DNA of 32,000 nt from an uncultured Opitutales bacterium (lineage in GTDB: Bacteria > Verrucomicrobiota > Verrucomicrobiia > Opitutales > Intestinicryptomonadaceae): contig CAKUIA010000001.1 in NCBI GenBank assembly GCA_934660865.1, positions 90,001 through 122,000 on the forward strand, written 5' to 3'. The translations under genes and the position numbers were made by a program. Positions 1-6,313 of the stretch are shown here, in pieces. The notes under the pieces are model-generated. The model made no database searches. It saw nothing but the letters and a program-made list of their open reading frames with translations, and was not told the DNA's origin. Each line of letters starts with the position of its first letter. The first letter of the stretch is position 1.

Positions 1-58
1 GTAGAGCAGCGGATTGTGGTTCCGCTGGTCACGAGTTCGAACCTCGTTAGCCACCCCA
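1..58 (+). tRNA. tRNA-His (anticodon GTG), 5'-truncated by the window edge
   Basis: Anticodon stem-loop gcgga-ttGTGgt-tccgc. T arm acgag-ttcgaac-ctcgt. The 3' acceptor tagccac, discriminator C and encoded CCA end at 58. Almost collinear with the E. coli tRNA-His 3' half (..GGAUUGUG.UUCC...GGUUCGAA.C...UUAGCCACCCCA). Confidence 0.9.
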
Positions 59-65
59 TTTTGTG

Positions 66-97
66 GCCCGCATTCTCATTGAGTTTGCGGGCTTTTT
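66..97 (+). terminator. Rho-independent terminator downstream of tRNA-His
   Basis: Stem gcccgca (66-72) pairs with tgcgggc (86-92), followed by T-run 93-97. Confidence 0.7.
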
Positions 98-626
98 GTT
101 GGCTTAAATAGTGGGGTTTAGCCGATTTGCCCTCTTGAAAATCGTTTACGATTATTTGCGCTTAATTGCTTTTATTGTTGCAAAAAACGTTCCACAACGT
201 TCGAAAAAAAATCAGTACGATACAACCTAAGGCTATGTGCATATCTATCTATGATACAAGAAACAATGGTTGTGTTATTGACAACAAGGAAAATGATATA
301 CAAGATAAATCGTAGTCAATAGCGGTGCGGAATATGCCAAATACAAAAAACCTAACTCGCCTCAAATAAGATAAATTGTTTTTTAATTTAGGGGAAAAAG
401 CTTTGTTCTTTTTGTATTGGAATCTTTAAAAACTAAAACTGGTTTTGTAGAAGCGAAATATGACACAGATTCCGTTTTAGTTTCGATAATAAACTTTTGG
501 ATTTTCTTCGCAAAAAAGATCAAAAAGAAATTTTAAACCTTGTAATACCAAATTGATAGCAACTAGTTAATTGAGCTCCCCATGTGAACAGGAAAACATA
601 TATATTCACCTACGGAAAAAATAAAT

Positions 627-1184
627 ATGAAATACTTTATCTGCATTTTATTCTTTTTGACGCCATTCTTGTCTTTCGGGATAACCGATATCGAGATGAA
701 TGAGATTGTTTCTAATTTTTGCAAATCAACCGATACGCTTAAAAGAATTGATGATTACCACCCGAATGTGAAATTATCCGAAGAAGAAAAAACACGATTT
801 GCATTTTTAGCGTTGAATAAACTACTTGATGATCCTCAATGGCCTGATTTAACCTATGGGTGGAAAGTATCCCGATTAGAGGGCATTATTGCGAATCTTG
901 ATTCTGATAGAATACCGTTAGAGTATGTCCCTGTGATATTTAAGGCGTTGCGCAGCAGAGCTTCCATGTTCGATGCGGATATAATTTATATAGACGCACT
1001 TGAAAGAGTTATAGGAAACAATCCGGGATATACAATACAGTATGTAGAAAGCGGAAACTTGAATAAAAAAGAGCGATTAGCATTGATAGCCAAGTGGGAA
1101 AATTTATTTAAACAAAATAAGGAATATATACTTAAAAAGCGTCAATATAAAAGCAAATACTATGGGAAGAGAATTGCCAAATAG
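627..1184 (+). CDS. Hypothetical secreted protein (185 aa)
   Basis: ORF-track ORF in an AT-rich region. Hydrophobic N-terminus MKYFICILFFLTPFLSFG resembles a signal peptide. No motif I recognise. Confidence 0.5.
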   Translation: MKYFICILFFLTPFLSFGITDIEMNEIVSNFCKSTDTLKRIDDYHPNVKLSEEEKTRFAFLALNKLLDDPQWPDLTYGWKVSRLEGIIANLDSDRIPLEYVPVIFKALRSRASMFDADIIYIDALERVIGNNPGYTIQYVESGNLNKKERLALIAKWENLFKQNKEYILKKRQYKSKYYGKRIAK

Positions 1185-1402
1185 CGTGAATATATAACTT
1201 GGTTTGATTTATATGCAATAACATATTAGCTGCCATTATTGGCTATGCTTGACTTTATTATTGTCATACAATTTGTAGGATTACTGTAGGGTTTTGTGTT
1301 AGGATTAAAATACAACCATAAATCTCCTCAAATAGTACGCGCACAAAAACGGCGCATATTGCATTAGCTTTTTGGCAAAGGTTTTATAAGGTTAAATTTA
1401 TT

Positions 1403-2848
1403 TTAAAAACCCATCGCCTTTGCAACTCCCTTGCCGTAGGCTGGGTCGGCTTTTGTGCAGTTTTCTATATGGCGTTTTTTTATAAATTCGGGGGCGTCGC
1501 CCATTGCCCTGGCGGTATTTGCAAAAAGCCGCTCTTGCTGCTCGGGCGTCATCGAGCGAAAGCGCCTGCCAGGCTGCGAATAGTAGTCGTCGTCATCTTC
1601 GCGGAAATTCCAAGAGTCGCCCTCGCCGTCTACGGGCGTACGCGGGCCTCGATATTCGGGCTGCTCCTGCCAAGCCCCATACGAATTTGGCTCGTAGCCG
1701 GTTTTGCCGCCGTAGTTGCCGTCTACACGCATTTTCCCGTCGCGCGAATAGCCTGTTATGGGGCAGCGCGCCCTATTTACGGGAATTTGATAATGGTTTA
1801 CGCCCAGCCTATAGCGCTGTGCGTCGCCGTATCCGAACAGCCTAGCCTGCAGCATTTTATCGGGAGAAAAACCAATTCCAGGCACCACATTTGCGGGGTT
1901 AAACGCCGCTTGTTCAACGTCCTGAAAATAGTTTTCGGGATTTTTGTTTAGCTCCATTACCCCGACTTCCTCTAGCGGAAATTCGTCGGTATACCACTCT
2001 TTTGTTAGGTCGAACGGGTTATACGGCATTTTCTTTGCCTGCTCTGTTGTCATTGTCTGTGTGCAAAGTTTCCACCTTGGAAAATCGCCCTTTTCGATGT
2101 GCTCGAAAAGATCGCGCTGGTTGCTGTCTCTGTCTTTTGCTATCACGCGCTCTGCTTCTTCGTCGGTTAAAAACTTTATAGGTTGCTGGCACACCCAATG
2201 AAATTTCACCCAAATAAGCTCGTTTTTTGTATTGTACATACTAAACGTGTGGCTGCCAAACCCGTGCATGTTGCGATACGAGGCGGGTATTCCGTCGTCG
2301 CTCATAGTTATCGTAATTTGGTGCAAAGCTTCGGGCAGGCTAGTCCAAAAATCCCAATTATTTTTTGCCGAGCGCAAATTTGTTTTAGGGTCGCGCTTAA
2401 CGGCATGGTTTAGGTCGGGGAAATGGTGTCCGTCGCGGATAAAGAACACGGGGGTGTTGTTGCCCACAAGGTCCCAGTTGCCCTCTTCGGTGTAAAACTT
2501 TACGGCAAACCCGCGTATGTCGCGCTCGGCATCGGCGGCCCCGCGCTCGCCCGCCACAGTCGAAAAACGCACAAAAACATCGGTTTGCTTGCCTATTTCA
2601 GAAAACAGTTTTGCCCTGGTATATTTTGTTATGTCGTGCGTAGTAGTAAAAGTTCCAAACGCGCCCGAACCTTTTGCGTGCATACGGCGTTCGGGAATAA
2701 CCTCGCGGTTGAAATTTGCCATTTTCTCCTGAAACCACACGTCTTCCATCAACATTGGGCCGCGCGGCCCAGCAGTGCGCGAGTTTTGATTGTCCGCAAT
2801 GGGGCGACCGAAATTGTTTGTTAACTTGTCCTTTTTTGCTTCGTTCAT
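1403..2848 (-). CDS. katA: Monofunctional heme catalase (481 aa, small-subunit type)
   Basis: Classic catalase signatures: [20 protein letters not shown] (distal His region), [39 protein letters not shown], and [14 protein letters not shown] (proximal Tyr region). AGGA Shine-Dalgarno about 9 nt upstream of the ATG. Confidence 0.95.
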   Translation of the reverse strand: MNEAKKDKLTNNFGRPIADNQNSRTAGPRGPMLMEDVWFQEKMANFNREVIPERRMHAKGSGAFGTFTTTHDITKYTRAKLFSEIGKQTDVFVRFSTVAGERGAADAERDIRGFAVKFYTEEGNWDLVGNNTPVFFIRDGHHFPDLNHAVKRDPKTNLRSAKNNWDFWTSLPEALHQITITMSDDGIPASYRNMHGFGSHTFSMYNTKNELIWVKFHWVCQQPIKFLTDEEAERVIAKDRDSNQRDLFEHIEKGDFPRWKLCTQTMTTEQAKKMPYNPFDLTKEWYTDEFPLEEVGVMELNKNPENYFQDVEQAAFNPANVVPGIGFSPDKMLQARLFGYGDAQRYRLGVNHYQIPVNRARCPITGYSRDGKMRVDGNYGGKTGYEPNSYGAWQEQPEYRGPRTPVDGEGDSWNFREDDDDYYSQPGRRFRSMTPEQQERLFANTARAMGDAPEFIKKRHIENCTKADPAYGKGVAKAMGF

Positions 2849-3263
2849 TGGTATCCTTTTTGATAATCCGTAAAACCTGGGCTTTATTTTCCCTAAAAAA
2901 TAACACCCTTATATGCTTATCGATAGAATACTGCTTTAGCTTTAACTTTTTTAAAAAATTGCAGATAAAACAGCTACAACTTATTCCGGAAAAAAATTTA
3001 TCCGCGTTCTGCAAACACACGAATAAGTCTATGCAAAAATTATTAAATTTATATATTACTAAAACGACGCCCGATATGCCGCTCTTCCCGTAATCCAAGC
3101 CATTCTTTGAGTCGCAAAAAAACAAAATATGGGCAGCAAACAAACTGCAGGCGTTTTGCATGGCTTAAACTAACATGCACCCCCCCATAAAAACATTAGT
3201 ACAACAAAGAGACTTTTCTTTAATACAAAAAAGAAAATCCCTAAAAATGCACCTCCATTAAAG

Positions 3264-6071
3264 CTATAACCTTACATTAACGGGCTTATAGGTGTTGAAA
3301 AACACTTTTTCGTTATACTCTTTCAAAGAATCTACCCAAGCGTCAATATCCCGTATATCGTCGGATTCGTCCATAAGATTTTGGGCGCCAAGCTTCAACA
3401 GCATAAATTCATTTTCCATATTTGTCGGGAATATAGCAGGGTCGTCAGTATTTATACATACGTTAATAATGTTTTTTCTTACCTTGCTTTCGTTGAATTT
3501 TCTGTCCAACCAACTGCGGACCGGAGGGTTCCACCTAAATACCGGGTGTTCTTCAATCGAATTAAGACCGCCTATATAAATGTTAGACGAAGGGCAAACT
3601 TCCAAAATTATGCCCTTCTCGGCATATTCGTTTATTTTTAAATCCTGAACGGCGCGCACTGCATTTATATACATTTTTAAGTTTATTTCTTCGTTAAAAA
3701 TGCCGTCCCACAACACCTCGCCATCATTCTTTAAATAAAGGCATTTGTTTGCCTCTTTAAAAAATTCCTGACTACAGTTGTAATATTGAAAGATTTTCGA
3801 CTCTGGGCTGATACGCTGTCCGTTAAATTTTTTATCGATATCGGGAACCAACTCAAAATCGTCCGTATTCCTTAATTGCTCTATTTTGTCTTTGCTTAAA
3901 ATCTTGTTCCAAATAATCGGGCAATTCCGCCTAAGTTTCCAGGCATCAAAAATCGAGTTTATATCTATTGCGGCAGACCCGTTTAATTCAAATATTCCGC
4001 CGTACAACTCTTTGGCGATTTTTACCGCCAACTTTTCGCACCATATTGCCATCGGCAAAAATTCCGAAAGCCCCGATTTTGTTAATTGCGCGTGCAACCA
4101 AACAAGATTGTCCAGATAGTTTATTTTTGAAATGCGAATTACCGTTTTTTTTGAATACCATTTAAGCGGATCTACGCCCAATGCCAGCGCGTGCGAAATT
4201 CTGTCGTTTTCGCCATAAGACAAAAAAGTTATAGTTTCGTCTATTCTTCGCAACCCGGTAATTATGTCTTCAAAGTCTTCGCCGCTATGGAACAATTTTT
4301 CGAGCGGTTTTATTGCGGGCGCATTCTTCATGGTTTCGGCGCGCATTTTTTGCGCCGCGTGCATTTTTGCAAGACGCCTTAGATACGGCGCATATACTTC
4401 GGGAGGGACATCTTCTTCGTTGCCGGCCGCGTCAACTCCCGTAATTGAGCGAATAAGGTCTATTCTTTCGTTGTATTGTGCAGACGCATTATTTGCATTG
4501 TCTCGTATTCTATCGACTACGGATTTTGCACAAACCAACGATTTCGATGAACCCGCAAATTTAAAAAATTTGTTGCAAAAATTTGCAAGCGCCTTGCGCT
4601 TTTCCTTTTCAAGGAAATTTTTTGCGCTACCGTCAAGCGATTTACTTTTATTATAGTGGTATACAATCGAAAATTTAATGGAATCTTTGGCAATTCCGTT
4701 TTTGCCGCAATATTTATCTATCTCATTTTTTGTTCTTTTAAAAATAAGAGGTATTTCGGTTTCGGGATTTTGCATTCCAACCCTAAGCTGCAGATTTTTT
4801 ACCCCCGAATTTAACGTGCACCTAAGGCCTTTTATAGGCATATTGTTGCAATCGAGTTTGCGAACGTGCGACGAAAAGTATTTTGTAAAAAACTTTAACC
4901 CGTTGCTGGCCGACATAACCGAATAACTCCGTATTAGGTTTATTTGATTTATCAGCATAAGTGCAAGGGGAGAATCTTCTGAATTTGCGTCGGGTCCGAA
5001 TATCTTTTCCCATAGGAACATCAGAAAATAGAAAAAACTTACTTCGTTTTGCACCGAAAAATATTTTATCGACTCCGATAGCGGAAAATCCGTACAAACT
5101 CCGATTTTTTTCAGCGAGCTTAACGAATAGGCATTTAATATTTTATTTGTCAAGTGTCCCGATTCGCGTATATTGCGCATTATCTCGGTTTTTTTTAGCA
5201 AGCTTAACAAATAGGCATTCAATATTTTATTTGTCAAGCGCCCCGATTCGCATATATCGCGCATTATCTCGGTTTTTTTCAGCGAGCCTAACAAATAGGC
5301 ATTCAATATTTTATTTGTCAAGTGCCCCGATTCGCGTATATTGCGCATTATCTCGGTTTTTTTGTTAGTAAGACAATTCACATGTTTCCAAATAAGAAAT
5401 CGCGCACAATTACCGAAAATATTAAGCATTGCCGACGGGCACCCCCACAACGACATATCTCTATCAACATCCGGAGGATATTTATCGCCTTTGGGAGCCG
5501 GCATTCCGTCAATGCAAGCCATAATAGATTCAAGGCTGGGATACGCACCGTTTATATGTATGTGGTTTTCGGAATGCCTCGGCGTTTTATCGCACGAAAT
5601 TCCAATGTGGTCTAGGTTTAACACTATACGGTGCAACAACTGTTTTGACAGCAGTGGTGTTTCAAATTTATCCTGTGCCCACAGCGAAATAAAACAGTAT
5701 GGGTGAAAATCTCTTGCAAACACGGCAAATTCGTTTCTAAGCTTAGGCTTGCAAGTAATATTTGTGCCCGAAAGCTCCCAAAAGTGCTCAAAACTCCTTA
5801 ATAGAGGGGCTTTATTTATAACCGAATTATTGCCGGAAAAATACATTTTCGACGGGTTGTTCTCGTCGAAAGTTCCGAGCAATTCGGAATATCTCGCCGA
5901 GTTTTCCCCTTCTGCAACCAAAACCTTTTCAAAAATTTCGTATAGTCGTTTGTTTGAAGATGTATCTATTTTAAATTCGCCTGTAAATACGCAATCAAAT
6001 AGATATCGCGCCATTTTCGCACTTCTGAGAATGGGCAATAACTCGAATTCAAACAGACTTCTTTGATACAT
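3264..6071 (-). CDS. rdrB: Divergent adenosine-deaminase-fold protein with large insertions (935 aa); RdrB-like effector of a RADAR-type cassette
   Basis: All ADA-family motifs occur in the canonical order. They are NHIHING (H170/H172, nt 5556-5564; cf. HVHLDG), GVDAAGNEE (aa 545-553; cf. IDLAGDE), FHSGED (H595/E598, nt 4278-4289; cf. VHAGE), RISHALA (H627; cf. LGHGY), EVCPSSNIYIGG (aa 824-835; cf. EICPWSSYLTG) and CINTDDPAIF (D876/D877, nt 3438-3449; cf. SLNTDDPLIF). The gene lies directly downstream of a P-loop NTPase gene on the same strand. The symbol reflects architecture only and is not HMM-verified. Confidence 0.75.
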   Translation of the reverse strand: MYQRSLFEFELLPILRSAKMARYLFDCVFTGEFKIDTSSNKRLYEIFEKVLVAEGENSARYSELLGTFDENNPSKMYFSGNNSVINKAPLLRSFEHFWELSGTNITCKPKLRNEFAVFARDFHPYCFISLWAQDKFETPLLSKQLLHRIVLNLDHIGISCDKTPRHSENHIHINGAYPSLESIMACIDGMPAPKGDKYPPDVDRDMSLWGCPSAMLNIFGNCARFLIWKHVNCLTNKKTEIMRNIRESGHLTNKILNAYLLGSLKKTEIMRDICESGRLTNKILNAYLLSLLKKTEIMRNIRESGHLTNKILNAYSLSSLKKIGVCTDFPLSESIKYFSVQNEVSFFYFLMFLWEKIFGPDANSEDSPLALMLINQINLIRSYSVMSASNGLKFFTKYFSSHVRKLDCNNMPIKGLRCTLNSGVKNLQLRVGMQNPETEIPLIFKRTKNEIDKYCGKNGIAKDSIKFSIVYHYNKSKSLDGSAKNFLEKEKRKALANFCNKFFKFAGSSKSLVCAKSVVDRIRDNANNASAQYNERIDLIRSITGVDAAGNEEDVPPEVYAPYLRRLAKMHAAQKMRAETMKNAPAIKPLEKLFHSGEDFEDIITGLRRIDETITFLSYGENDRISHALALGVDPLKWYSKKTVIRISKINYLDNLVWLHAQLTKSGLSEFLPMAIWCEKLAVKIAKELYGGIFELNGSAAIDINSIFDAWKLRRNCPIIWNKILSKDKIEQLRNTDDFELVPDIDKKFNGQRISPESKIFQYYNCSQEFFKEANKCLYLKNDGEVLWDGIFNEEINLKMYINAVRAVQDLKINEYAEKGIILEVCPSSNIYIGGLNSIEEHPVFRWNPPVRSWLDRKFNESKVRKNIINVCINTDDPAIFPTNMENEFMLLKLGAQNLMDESDDIRDIDAWVDSLKEYNEKVFFNTYKPVNVRL
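5111..5362 (-). repeat. 3 x 84-bp head-to-tail tandem repeat, in frame inside the deaminase ORF
   Basis: Units are 5111-5194, 5195-5278 and 5279-5362. My hand alignment gives 4 (unit 1 vs 3) and 6 (unit 2 vs 3) differences per 84 nt. They encode three 28-aa units, KKTEIMRNIRESGHLTNKILNAYLLGSL / KKTEIMRDICESGRLTNKILNAYLLSLL / KKTEIMRNIRESGHLTNKILNAYSLSSL (aa about 237-320). Confidence 0.95.
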
Positions 6072-6080
6072 TTTACTACT

Positions 6081-6239
6081 TTATTTTAAGGCTTTTTTTA
6101 GAGCGTCAAAAACCGCCTCTGGCAATTTTTTGCGAACGCGTCGTTCCCAACTTTTTGGCAGTGGTTTTATTGTTTTTAAATCATCAAACTCCGCTGAAGC
6201 GCGTATGCGCCCAAAAAGATCAGAATCATTTATTCCCAT
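6081..6239 (-). CDS. Small ORF (52 aa) between the ATPase and deaminase genes; below the 60-aa cut-off of the ORF track
   Basis: Hand translation gives ATG at 6239 and TAA at 6081-6083: MGINDSDLFGRIRASAEFDDLKTIKPLPKSWERRVRKKLPEAVFDALKKALK. Same strand as the flanking genes and ends 9 nt before the deaminase ATG. No clear RBS, so coding status is unproven. Confidence 0.3.
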   Translation of the reverse strand: MGINDSDLFGRIRASAEFDDLKTIKPLPKSWERRVRKKLPEAVFDALKKALK

Positions 6240-6313
6240 TTTCTTCAACTGTTTTATGTATTTAGTTTCGCTTTTCCCTGAAAAATTTGATTAACATGTT
6301 AACGTTAAGATTC

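Noticed and set aside
100-626. Search of the tRNA-proximal non-coding stretch for an integrase remnant, an att direct repeat of the tRNA-His 3' end, or a small RNA
   Set aside because: There is no ORF of 60 aa or more and no recognisable copy of the tRNA 3' end here or further into the window. Only trivial short repeats occur (e.g. aacgttc twice at about 186-203). Nothing here is supportable.
1469-2824. Multiple plus-strand ORFs (1469-1951, 1504-1845, 1944-2201, 2183-2413, 2232-2495, 2423-2824, 2517-2732) and the minus-strand ORF 2019-2213, all overlapping the catalase gene
   Set aside because: They lie antisense or out of frame within a full-length, motif-complete catalase CDS. Their translations are low-complexity or R/A/S-rich, as is typical of shadow ORFs.
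2598-3161. ORFs 2598-3161 (-) and 2716-3093 (+) spanning the catalase 5' end and upstream intergenic region
   Set aside because: They overlap the catalase start and the AT-rich promoter region. Their sequences are Cys/Phe-rich and nonsense-like, with no start context or domain signal.
5111-5362. Possibility that the 84-bp repeats are a CRISPR array or a minisatellite outside genes
   Set aside because: The units are directly adjacent with no spacers, are in frame, and are embedded in a long ORF. This is not CRISPR-like.
3292-6066. Numerous 60-135 aa ORFs on the plus strand, and one minus-strand out-of-frame ORF (4822-5097), inside the deaminase gene. This includes 4961-5368, which translates the tandem repeat in another frame
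   Set aside because: They are antisense or out-of-frame shadows of a 935-aa ORF that carries ordered ADA motifs. The repeat periodicity seen in 4961-5368 merely mirrors the DNA repeat.
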